This document shows positions 49,601 through 60,800 of a stretch of DNA of 64,000 nucleotides, in pieces. Position 1 is the stretch's first letter, and each line of letters starts with the position of its first letter. The notes beneath the pieces were generated by a model that was given only the letters and a program-made list of their open reading frames with translations, was not told where the DNA came from and did not search any database. Where the stretch lies: positions 5,488,476 to 5,552,475 of the forward strand of contig OZ316892.1 of NCBI GenBank assembly GCA_973895155.1. Reading direction: 5' to 3'. Origin of the DNA: Marsupella aquatica. Taxonomy: Eukaryota > Plantae > Marchantiophyta. The position numbers and the translations under genes were made by a program.

Positions 49601-51996
49601 GATTCTGAGTTGTTTTTAGTGCTGGCAATAGTCTCCTGCATTTCACTAGAGCCATCAAAGTCGGTTCATATTTCAAAATAGCTTGATTGATTTTTATTTG
49701 TCGATTATATTTTGAATTGCAAAACAAGACCAATGCTATGGTTGCACGAACTTGGGTAAGTTGCCCTTACTTTGCACATGGCTGAAGATTTCGTTCCGAA
49801 TGCATGGGAAAAGTTCTGTCAAAACAACCCAACCCTATCTACCGTCTTCACTTAGAGAAGAGCTTCAGCTTTGCGCATGTCCTGATTGAAACTGTGGTGG
49901 AGGATCAGGTAGGGACGGAGTACGGATTTTCCAATGGAGCATGAAAGGGCAATGTTTCTGCAGTGGAGAGTTGGGATTGGTGAGAAGAGTTGTCTACTTT
50001 GTGCCGAATTGCAATGTTTTGTGCCAAAGTTCCCCAGATGAGAAGCTTTGTAATAGATGAAACTGGACTTTGGAAGCAGTGAACGGGTATAACATTTCCA
50101 CCATTGGTGATCCTAGATTTTCACCCAATTTTGATTGATTCTTTCTGCTAATTAAGTTGATATCTACGACAGTAAGAAATTGAGTTTGGAAATCATCTTC
50201 CTTGCTTTGTCGAGTTTCTTGTGTCTTTCTACAGGGTGACTACTCCTCCTCCAGCTTGATTGGGCAGGCATGTGGGTTCGAATCCCACTGGAGGTTATCA
50301 AGATTTCGGTGAGAAGAATTCACGGAACCCAACTACTGAACTGTAATTTGTCATAATCGATAAGGGAGTCGAAAAAGTCTTTTAACTTGAAAATGAAGTG
50401 TCACGAAATACGAAGTAACATTTAGGAAAACAAGCCAGAAATAAGATCAGACTGCAATTTGATTTTGCGCACAACACAGCATAATCTCTCTAAAATGAAA
50501 GTGGAAATTTGGGATAAGGGAGGACTGAGTCCCATGGAAACCACAAACTTTAAAAGTTGTCCAAATATGAACAATGGTGATAAGTGTCAAAGGATTATGA
50601 TGGTGAGCTTGGATCCGTCCGACATGTGATAAGCATGTTTATTTGTGGTCATGGATGTTTAGATAGGAAATAAAAATATTGCAAGGCACAATTTGGTCAG
50701 TCATCCTACGGTAAGGTCTTCAAATCTAGGTCCAACATCGGAGCACTCTATTTTGGAGATGAATTGACACATCAGAAGAATAGGAGAGACGTTAACGACA
50801 CCATCATCATCTGATTCGTTTCATTCGGATATCTCATGAGAGTTTGTGAAGGGGAGCAAAGTTGGATCTGTACAGTGTGCGTCAGGAACCGCAACGGAAA
50901 CTGTATCCAGTCCCTAATTGTCAAAAATCAATTGCTGGAGATAGATCGCAATTAGGAGTGGTGAAATACCCTGACCGATGTTGGCAACAAGGGCATGCAT
51001 GCAGTTCGCACCGTGTGCTGCATCCCAGTTCTACCAATGAAACAAGCATTCCACAGAAATTAAATCCCAGTCGCATACACAATCCTTCCGGTGACATTCG
51101 CCCATCACCAGGGACTGTAATTTGGACTGTATCCAAGCACAGAGTACCAAATCCAACCACGGTGTCCCTAGTCAACGATTTAAAACAGAGTTTGTCTAGT
51201 ATCAACAAAGAGGACGGCCAGAAATTACATAACAGAGTCAAAATCGTGTTCTGACGGCCACACTAAAGTCCACTTCACAAAGTCATACTTCACAAATGGC
51301 CAAAAGAGGAATCGCTCACTTTTGGTTGAGGGATATCGTTGAGGATTAGACAAACAGGCAACGTCGCGTAGTCGTGATCGAGATCACAGTGACACAACAA
51401 ACTGCAGCCATGCACGGACGCGTGACGGTGAGTGATCTAGGCAGACGAAAATCTTCGTGGGTACTGACTAGTCAACATCAGAATCAAGGAGGAGTTGCGA
51501 ATCCAACGACATTTTGTGCACTCCAGATAAGATTTTGGCCTAAGTGAAGGCTGCAAGTCTGTTTCCTATAATTGTCAACGAAAATTCGCCACTGATTCTG
51601 GAAGAGAAACACCAGGATGCGATCCCTCAAAAAGTTTCGTTATTTTTAGACTCTAAGAATTGCTTGCGCATATAGTTGGGCAAATTGACAAATCGCCCTG
51701 TAGGAATCAATGCGACTTACAATCAGGACAATTACTATGTCACACTCATAAAGAACAAAATGCGTCAAACCTGGAGACAAGATACCAAAGGCCCAAATAA
51801 ATGGGACAACCAAGTGAGAGGAAGACCGGGAGCCAACTCTCACATAATAAATGCGGACAGAAGCATCAATCCAAGTACAGTCGTTGAACGAAATCTATGA
51901 GCCCATGTGAAGTCAAGAAACATGGAGTGCCAAATTGAAACGAGGCATGAGTGAAAAATAATCATAAAAGGAGTTCTGTTTGATTTGCTAATACCG

Positions 51997-52098
51997 ACAA
52001 CATGAGTTGAGACAATTGCTTTGCAACTACACAACATGAGTTGAGACAATTGCTTTGCAACTAGACAACATGAGTTGTGACATTTGCTTTGCAACTAG
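51997..52098. repeat. 3 x 34-bp tandem repeat
   Basis: ACAACATGAGTTGAGACAATTGCTTTGCAACTAS units, no spacers. Confidence 0.92.
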
Positions 52099-53909
52099 AG
52101 TACGTCTCAGTGACTGGACACATGTCTAGATGCACAAAGTGACTAAAGTTTTGATGGACCTCCACGTTTACAAAAATGCTCAGGATATACTTTTAGACTT
52201 TTGCAGCTGAGACAGACTTATTTTCTGTTCAGATGGTAGTATGGTACATATTACACTGGTAAGGCAGATATGACAAGAATACCAGACAAGTCATCTTTAG
52301 GAACCTGTAGGTCTCACAATTCTCATTCGTAGCTGTTGCACAATTTGATTCCCTCTACATGCACGGCGTTGCAGATCTAGAATGAACAGTCTCCTCTGGG
52401 TGTGCATGAAATGACTCAGGGTTTGCACTGCCTCTATTCTCAGATTGTTGTTTCTTTAAATAGGCAAGAGTGCAATTTCATCATTTTGTCTCGGATTTTG
52501 TGAGCAACCAGAATATATTTGCTTGGGAAGTCAAAAGAAAAAAGATAGTTGACCAGGAGCTTACTGTCTAGGAATTGGCATCCCAGGTAGTAAATTTGAG
52601 AATATTCTATCATAGTGATAGAGTACCCATGGTGGGATATTTGAGAATATAAATAGTAAAAGTAGCCATTGTAGGATATTTGTGCAATAGAAAATCGTGA
52701 GATCAAGTAGTGGGACCTTTGTGTCTCTGTGACGTTCCCTGTAATTGCAGATCAAAATGTGCTACTGTACTCTGTAATATGTTAATTATTTCCTAATATC
52801 ATAATGAACCCAATCATTTTGTTTAAATCACTTAGTGTTGTTCACAGTGACCACAGTATACTGTTGCATACCATGAAAATCCAATTACTCAGTCTCTCTA
52901 ACTAAATCACTGAGTGTTATTCACATTTTTTATATACAATTAGGGAGTAAAAAAGGAGGTGGTACTCCCCTTGTCATGTTTTGATGTACAACTATCAGGA
53001 CGAGTAAGAAAGGAGGTGGAACCCCCCCTGAGTGGATGGAAAACCAATATTCTCACCTTCCCTGTACATACTGTAGTAATATTCCTCACTTCAGGTACTG
53101 ACGTGAAATGCACTTCTCACCATATCACTTAGTCCCAGGTGCCCTTTCCTCCACTCGCCCTTAGTAACTTGGGTAGGGTAGTCACGGGAGGATCTTTCGA
53201 ACAACGGCACAGGACGGAAATAACAAATGCTTAATTAGGGCATCTCAAACTATCGATTTCCCGGGTCGTTTTACTGTGCCAAAATTGCGCGGGCAGGGCC
53301 GTGACCGGAAAGTGGGCGGTGCCCAAAATCGGTGACCGTCAATAACTCGGACGGTCACATTACCGTTACCGTGACCCGAGTGGGTCCATGACTAACCCTA
53401 TCGTCTGAGGGACGCAGTGACAGAAAAACTAGCTGCGCGCGACAGAGAAGCCGGGGATGTGTGCGACAGAGAAACTGTTCCTTCTCGCACTGTGCGTGTT
53501 TGTGCGACTACATGCAGGGCGCCCATGATCGCAAGGCTGTCAACTCATAGCGATTGACACTTTTTTCCTGTAAGTTTGTTATGGTTTTGGGCTCCCACTT
53601 AAGCAAGTCATTTAGAGTACAGGAGATCGCTTTAGGCTGACATGCTAGAGCTGCATGTTGATGCTCGATTTTGTGAGCAGCTGCCAGTGAGGAGCTGCCA
53701 GTGAGGAGCTGCAAGTGAGTGTAAACAAAACTACGGCTAAGTGTAAAGGACCCACCTTCGACAATCTGAGAGGCTACGACTGAGCATACTTGCAGGACGA
53801 CCCCGATTGTTTGGCACTCGACTCACACCTGATTGTAAGTTAAAGATCACCTCAATGTTTTTCCGCTTTTGTTTCCTGCAATGCTCACAACCAGGACAAG
53901 GGATGTTGA

Positions 53910-54542
53910 ATGGCTGAATGCTTCGTCGTTTGCCAGGAGGCCATGGCTCATTGGATTTCTTTGTCAGACGTGGGGGAGAAGAGAGCTAGAGGCATGAGTA
54001 CGCAGTTCGCACCGTCTTTAGTTTGGGCAGCAAACTACACAGCTCGAAATCCCTACCCTCAAAAATTTGTTTACTCCTCTTGCCCTCATAGGGACAATGA
54101 TGGACATCGATGTAACAAATCTTTGGAATGGGGCGATAAATGTGGACATCACTTACCTGGAGAACCTGCCTTTCGATTCCAACTGGTCTTGTTTGATGCC
54201 ATTCATGGTGGTGTGCAGCCTGTGACAGTCTTGCTGTGGAATTGCGCTACCATTCTCTTGAATTATACAGCACTTGAATTCAGCATTCTACCTGAATTTG
54301 AGCAAATTCAGATTGTTTATGACATTCTGAAGCATTCGCCCAAGCTACAAGTCTCTCTTGAAGTGAAGGGACTCGAGATGCACATTCAGAGATTGAGTTT
54401 TGTGGATCCTGGAATTCCCAGGACACCTACAAAAACCCTTGTCAAATCGAAGTCCAGTCCTGGGAAACCTAAGAGTGCCAAGAAAATCCTAGCAGACCTC
54501 GTGTTGCAATTGAAGAATGCAGATTTAGAGGACTTGGATTAG
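53910..54542 (+). CDS. RPA70 C-terminal (DBD-C, zinc-ribbon OB-fold)-like protein inside the Harbinger-type element
   Basis: KFVYSSCPHRDNDGHRCNKSL...CGHH...PAFRFQLVLFD...VTVLLWNCATILLNYTALEF matches the RPA1-C pattern F.Y.ACP....C.KK...C..C...Y...L.I.D...VT.F......LG.SA.EL. Intact 210 aa. Confidence 0.72.
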   Translation: MAECFVVCQEAMAHWISLSDVGEKRARGMSTQFAPSLVWAANYTARNPYPQKFVYSSCPHRDNDGHRCNKSLEWGDKCGHHLPGEPAFRFQLVLFDAIHGGVQPVTVLLWNCATILLNYTALEFSILPEFEQIQIVYDILKHSPKLQVSLEVKGLEMHIQRLSFVDPGIPRTPTKTLVKSKSSPGKPKSAKKILADLVLQLKNADLEDLD

Positions 54543-54704
54543 GGATTACAATTGTATGCACTCGGCCCTCATATTCAGGATGTATACACTTTCAGGATGC
54601 GCAATGTTGCAAGCTTAGAAAGAAATTTATACTTATTGAATAAAATTTGGCTCATTTTGGTATAAACTGACTTTATCACTTCTTCACAGCTGTTAGGGTC
54701 GAAC

Positions 54705-56055
54705 ATGCCTCGGTTTTCAGACAGGCAAAGAGGCTTGAAACGAGTCAAACAGCAACTTGAACTAGCCATTGTTGTTCAGAGTTCGAAGAGTTCTCAAGAT
54801 ACTGGATCTGAAGACCTCGACCTCCATGGATTCTCTGAAGTTGACTCTCATATTTCTGAGAGGACTGACAATGATTCAGACTTGCCTTTGGATAGCTCAT
54901 CTGAGGATCAAAACAGGGAAGAAAATTTGGAGAATGATGAGAATCCAACAGACCTCTTAGAGCTATATTTTGTGTTGTATAATACTCGTTATTTTGTTCA
55001 TCGTCATGTGAGCCTGAAATCTAAGGAATTTGCACAACAGTTCTTTCATTGCTTGGCAGATCCTTTGTTTAGGCAGCTCACGAGGATGGACAAGTCCTCT
55101 TTCTATCACCTTCTAGGCTTGATTGAAGGACACCCTGTCTTCCAGAATGAATCGAATTGTCAGCAAGCACCTATTGAGGCCCAATTAGCTGTCTGCCTAG
55201 ACAGGCTTGGTCATGATGGGAATGGTGCTTGCTTAAATCATATGATCCCCACATGGGGCGTGAGTTGTGGTTCAATTGTCAACTACTCAAAACATGCCTT
55301 TGAGGCTTTGGATGATGTTTTAAGCGACTATATCCAGTGGCCTACCAGCAGGGAACGAGCTGCAAGTTTGGAGGCATTTGCAAGGTTGGGATTTCCAGGC
55401 TGTATCAGTCTAATTGATGGAAGCCTGTGCCCCTTGGCTCAACGTCCTGGCGTTCATGGAGAGTGCTACTATGATCGCAAGAGTCGATATTCCATAAATG
55501 TACAGGTGGTCTGTGACCACCGCAGAAGAATCATGTTCTTGTTCTCAGGTGAGCAGTTATTTTCAACGTTGAATATGTTGAATGAGGCAGCAGTATCCAG
55601 TATCAACCAATGACTGCTACTATTTGTGCCTTGCTGCAGGAATGCCTAGATCATGCTCCGACCTGGCTTGTGTGCGAAAGTCTCCACTCTTTTTCTTTCT
55701 GACTGATGTCAGAAAGAATGCTCTATTTGAATCTGACCAGTACATTTTAGGAGATTCAGGCTATCAAGCCCTTCCACACATGGTTTCTGCATTTAAAAGG
55801 ACTGACATGGTACCAGATAAAGAGAACTTCAATACTTGTGTTGCCAAGTGCAGGGTAACCAATGAGCACTGCATTGGAGTTTTGAAGAGCAGATGGCATT
55901 CTTTAAAAGAAGTTCAAACTCAATTGAATTCAAAGAAGGACAGCCTATGGATGGTAAGGTGGATCAATTTGTGTGGGAAATTGCATAACTATGTGCTTCA
56001 CAGGCAGGATGCATGGACACCCGAGGATATTGCGCTGCAGAGAGCAAGATGGTGA
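54705..56055 (+). CDS. Harbinger/HARBI1-type DDE transposase (intron 55549-55639; C-terminus possibly frameshifted)
   Basis: FRQLTRM, QLAVCLDRLG, IDGS, YYDRKSRYSINVQVVCD, G.P.S.SD, LGDSGY, RVTNEHCIGVLKSRW, LHN. Confidence 0.9.
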
Positions 56056-56869
56056 AACCCAGGAGGACTTCTATCCAGAGCCCAATGTTGGTGGACCGGC
56101 TAATGCAGAGCGAGACCCTGGGGTACGTAGTTTCGCGATGTGCTCTGGTGCGAGCTGGCAATGCACTACTAGTTTGAGTTATGGATACTGCTTTGGAACA
56201 CTATCGTCAACCGGGGCAATTTTTACACCGTGAAGCTTGATTGGTCAAACATAGCTCATAGGATCTGTTTGTTTAACAGCCAATGATTGGCCGGCTTCCT
56301 TGTTCAAACGTAGCTGGGAGGACTTAAGCATAGCTGGTAGGAGTTACCTGGTGGTAGGAGGTAGCAGATGATTAAAGCCAATGATCAGCTGTAGCTTAAT
56401 TAGTTACAAGCTGTAGTTTGGTACCAACTTAGTCAAATGCCTTGAGCATTTAAAAGCTCGGCTCTGCAATTTTGTAATCTCGCCACTTCTAAAATATGTG
56501 CTTGCATTGTGGGCACTTGAAGACATACAATTGTGATATGTAAAGCTTCTATTGTCTTGGAATGAAGTAAGTTTTCAATGCACAATCCAGTCTACAATGG
56601 AGATCTTCATAAATTAGCCCAGTGTTGCAAAGAGCAGTGGAGATGCATGCTTATATACCCAGACTGTCAATCATGGTCCAGAGAGAAGAACAAATAGGAT
56701 CCACTTGAGAATTGCAAACAAATGTTCAAGAGGACTTCATTGAAAACACATCTGGACATTTCACAAAAGAGTTCAACCTTTATTCAAAATTTGAGCCTTG
56801 CAGCATAGCAATGTCTGGAAGGCTGCATCGACAAATTGGGTAATGTGCAGCTAAGTGTATGTAAAAAAA

Positions 56870-58246
56870 CTATTCATCTAAGTCAATTGGCGTGTTGGGA
56901 GCACATGGCATTGCAGTAGTAGGAGGATGAGTCCTTCCGGGTGGATTGACATTGATAGGACCAGGGGGAAAATACTCAATAGCGCTACCAACTTTTGATC
57001 TGTTGCTCCTAACAAGCTCGGTAAGTAACGTTGTGTGCTGTTGGCGATCAATCAAATCCACCTGGTGTTTGTGCTCCAACCGTGCCCTCTTCTCCTCATG
57101 TCTCCTTTGCATTCGATTGTTTTTGTCTACTTGCATCCTCTGCAATCAGATGTTTTTGTCTAGCTGAGCTGCAGCAACTTTTCTCGCCTCTCGCCTATCA
57201 ACCAATTCTTGGGTTCTCCACTTATCCTTGGTCTGGATCATCTCTTGCCTGTACAACGATTTGTCACTAAGCTTATCTAAATAAAGATCAGCCATACTTG
57301 TCCTTGACTGTGCCTGTGATGATGGTGGAGCTGATCTCTTATTAGGAACCCGCCTTTGCCCATTCCCGATCGGAGTTGGAGTTGGGATTGGCCTAGCTTG
57401 TGACTCCTCCTCAACATATCCTGGTGTCCCAGTATTAGCAGTAGTACCCTGCTCAGTGGCGCAAGGTTGGGCCTCGGTTTCAACACCAGCATTGGTCACG
57501 CCTTCGTGCTCCCGTTCGTGCTGCGTCTGTGGTCCGTTGTCGCCAGCCATCTCAAATTCATCCTGTTGCGGGCCAACACTGTCACCATAGGGCTCTTCTT
57601 CATCAGCACCTGGATCATATATGAGCTCAGGCTGTCCAGGGATACCGCATTGCCCTAGTGCAGGAGGAGCCACATTAGCACGCTCCCCATAAAGTGCATT
57701 CATCCTTTCAAAGTGCGGGCATATCTTGTCAAGCTTATCGTCAAGTGTAATCCCCACTCTTAGCTCTGCCAGGGTGAGCCCAGCACCCGAATCATTCTTC
57801 ATTGCCAACGCCTCCTTAAACTTGCTCGTGTATCTGCCAAATCTCTTGCCCAAATTCTCTCCTGTTTGGACAAACTTTGCAAATCCGTTGGAATGCAGCA
57901 TAATAAGCATAAGCTTAAACACAGTTTTCTTCGACGGATGCTTATCGCCAACCGATAGCCTTGATTGTGTCCCATGAAGCATTGCATAGTTATCAGCATT
58001 TTCGAGCCAATCAACGATCTTTGATAGGTCCTCCCTAGACAACTTCTTGTTCTCAGTAGGAATGTTCACGGCCGGACGTGGTGCAGGTCTTCCTTGTGCT
58101 CCAGCTGATGCACCAGCAACCACCATCGCTTTGACTGTCTGAGAATCTCTCACAATCAGAGGGGGCGAATCCAAAAACTGAAAGTGCTCTGCTTCAACAC
58201 GTTCACCTGCAAAGTTAACACCTTCGTGGTCCATTGTATAGTCCAT
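56870..58246 (-). pseudogene. Harbinger ORF2 (Myb/SANT/trihelix-like DNA-binding partner) with one in-frame TGA at 57146-57148
   Basis: IVDWLEN..NY...G, SGAGLT, KLDKICPHFERMNALYG.R.NV, acidic linker, C-terminal coiled coil continuing in frame to 56870. Confidence 0.75.
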
Positions 58247-58300
58247 AAGGAGCCTAACTCGCACTACCCAGATTTTTGAGAAATTCTGAGGGGGAACGAC

Positions 58301-58775
58301 CCCGGGTACGCAACTCTTGTATAATTGGCAGGGGTCTACATTTTTATATGGACTAAAAAGTTGGCTATACAAAATTATTAAAATTTGAAAAAACCTGGGT
58401 TTTCCACTTTTAAAAAATTTCAAGTCATATAAAAGGTTTGGTTCTCCTCTTTTTCCATATGAAATTAAAAAATATTCCTATACATGTTGTAGTTTTTATT
58501 AAAAGATTTTTAAAATTTTAATAAAAATCCTAAAAAGCTGGCTAGTTTGGCTGTAGACCCCTGTATTAAAAAAAAGTCATATAATTTGGTTTTGATCAAC
58601 CTTTTATACATCAAAACATATTCGGAATTTTTTTTAAGTTACATTTTTGGATTCCTTGAGTTGAGAGGTACAAGACTTTAGTAAACTAAAATGAAATCTA
58701 AGATGGTCTAAGGATATAGGGTCATTATAAGGAATTAAAAACTTGATTTATAAAAAGGGGAGTTGCATACCCGGG
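58301..58775. mobile_element. 475-bp MITE nested in the Harbinger-type element, 8-bp TSD
   Basis: TIR CCCGGGTACGCAACTC / GAGTTGCATACCCGGG; TSD GGAACGAC at 58293-58300 and 58776-58783; AT-rich core. Confidence 0.88.
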
Positions 58776-60224
58776 GGAACGACAACTTTCAAATCTCTCA
58801 GCCAAAACGGCTGCACATTCATGGCTCTTTGTCAAAATATGCGCAAATTGTGAGGAGTGGAAGCACTACATCATGCCGTGTCAAGTTTGCATTTTGAACT
58901 ACACATGGGCAGGGGCTGGTTTGGAAGTCTGCGTAATCCGCGGGGGGGCACTTATTGACCCCTCTCAAAGTTAGTATCCCCAGGGTTAAACTCACCCGGA
59001 ACTGAGGTTCCAGTCACCGTTTCGGACCTCAACTTGGGGGGACGGCCGTCCGGGAAAAGACTCGGACGGCCAAGTTTGAGACGCCCTATTGGTTCAATCA
59101 GTCTTCATGTCACGTGACCGAAGAGAACAAAGGACTTTTGGTCACTGGCCTGGTTAAGAATACTGTCCTGGCCTTTCCAGCCCAAATTGTTAACGAAGAC
59201 AAAAATTGAACAGGACTACGGTAGCCGTATCGATTGGATGGTTCAAGACTGCATCACAAGTGGGGTACCCAGCCCAACAGAAAATGTACGTCGGCAGCTT
59301 TTCTTCTGTTTGTGTCAATTGGAATGCCAATGCTTACTCACGTTGAGCATTTTGTGAAAAGTTCGTCCGGAGCAATCAGAGTACCAAATAGAATAATTTG
59401 ATCGATCGAGCATTCACATACGGATAGGCAAGGAAGATTGAAGACAGATGAGAATACGATTGCTGGTCGAATGCTGAATGCATCCACCACCTGGGAACAG
59501 ACACATATGTCCAGTTAGACAGTTAGACTTGGCAAGTTGGGACTGAGAGAGGACGTAGGTAGTACTCTGCTGAGCGGTAGTACCAGTTAGTAGAGAATAA
59601 GTACTTAGACGGGTTGAATTGAGAGTACTAATACTATCCTGGGCTTGCACTTGGTACTTATTTGAATTGGAGTGCCCACTGGGTACTTCTACTAGCGGGT
59701 AGTGAGCACCCAAGATTATGCAGTAACAAATCCAAAGCCATGAACGTCCTCTGTGCAGCTTTCTTCATGATTGTCACTGGAGTGGATTGATATAAGAGAA
59801 TATCCACTTTCAGATTTGTTCGGCATCACTGTCCCTAGAATTCTGAATCTTTCCAATAAAAACAATAAGGTTTGTTGTCACAGCGCAGACCATGGACAAT
59901 CGGATTTGAATAACGTCAAATCGGCTAGCCGTCTGTCTATGTCCAGAACTTGCGGATTTCTTGGAACTTATCTATTTCTGCGAGAGGTTATCTGTGGATA
60001 GCTCAGGTTGCACAATTCTTGGACCTTATCTAATTCTGGACGGTGCTGAACTGTAGCTGGAGTTTGATGGAAGTTTAATGGCGTGCGGGCAGCACGTCGG
60101 TCGATCAGACCGATCGAGTACAACCGCGCTGCGTGTCCAGCAGTTTAATCGGCCGATCTGTCCTCCTGCATTGAACTGATTGCTACATGCATCGGGATCA
60201 TAGCGCAAATAATGGTCGTTCAAC

Positions 60225-60400
60225 TCCTTCGTCAATGGATGAGGAGATTGAAGTAGTGGTGCTGAACGTTGAGATTTTCGGGAGAGGACAGTGAGTACCT
60301 GGTGGGAGTTTCCTTCGTCCATGGATGAGGAGATTGATCGAAGTGGTGGTCCTGAACGTTGAGATTTTCGGGAGAGGACAGTAAGTACCTAGTGGGAGTT
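60225..60400. repeat. 2 x ~88-bp tandem duplication upstream of IPT
   Basis: TCCTTCGTC.ATGGATGAGGAGATTGA...GTGGGAGTT at 60225-60310 and 60311-60400. Confidence 0.9.
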
Positions 60401-60800
60401 GGTGAGCTCACCAATATTCCCTCCGTCATATTCCGACTGCTCCTCGAGCTTGGACGATTCATTCTGAAGAATACCAATACTGAACGCTAGATTGCTGGTC
60501 TCGCTGAAAGTATCTTCATGGGGCGATGGCAGTCCGGAAACATGTAAGGTTCTTGCTTCAGACACGTGGGGCGTCAGGGTCATCCCATTGTGCCGAAAAT
60601 CGAGTCGACATCATACAAATACGTCAATAAAATCCTGATTTACCCTTGTGAACTCACACCATAACTCTAGCTTGCGGAATCCGAATTACTTCATAACCTT
60701 CTTTCCTCTCCCATCTTGCACACTCTGTTACTCCGATATTCGTCTCTTCAGCAGCCAGCACGAGCTGCAACTTCAATTCAACTGCAGTGGAGCTTCATAG

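Larger units (their letters stand above)
53237..59087. mobile_element. Complete PIF/Harbinger-superfamily (Pangu-like) DNA transposon, 5851 bp, three ORFs
   Basis: 15-bp TIRs AGGGCATCTCAAACT / AGTTTGAGACGCCCT (1 mismatch); ATT on both flanks (53234-53236, 59088-59090); DDE transposase plus a convergent DNA-binding ORF. Confidence 0.92.

Noticed and set aside
50262-50292. tRNA gene (GTGGGTTCGAATCCCAC T-arm)
   Set aside because: Only a B-box/T-arm; no acceptor stem, D-arm or anticodon arm could be built. At most a SINE or tRNA fragment.
50700-51260. BTB/BACK-like pseudogene fragment on the minus strand (VECLFHW*NWD...YLQQL)
   Set aside because: Resemblance too weak and interrupted by several stops to support a call without a search.
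51997-52098. 34-bp repeats as a CRISPR array
   Set aside because: Contiguous tandem units without spacers.
58247-58423. First 59 codons of the 425-aa minus ORF
   Set aside because: Starts at a non-ATG codon inside the nested MITE; the likely start is ATG 58246.
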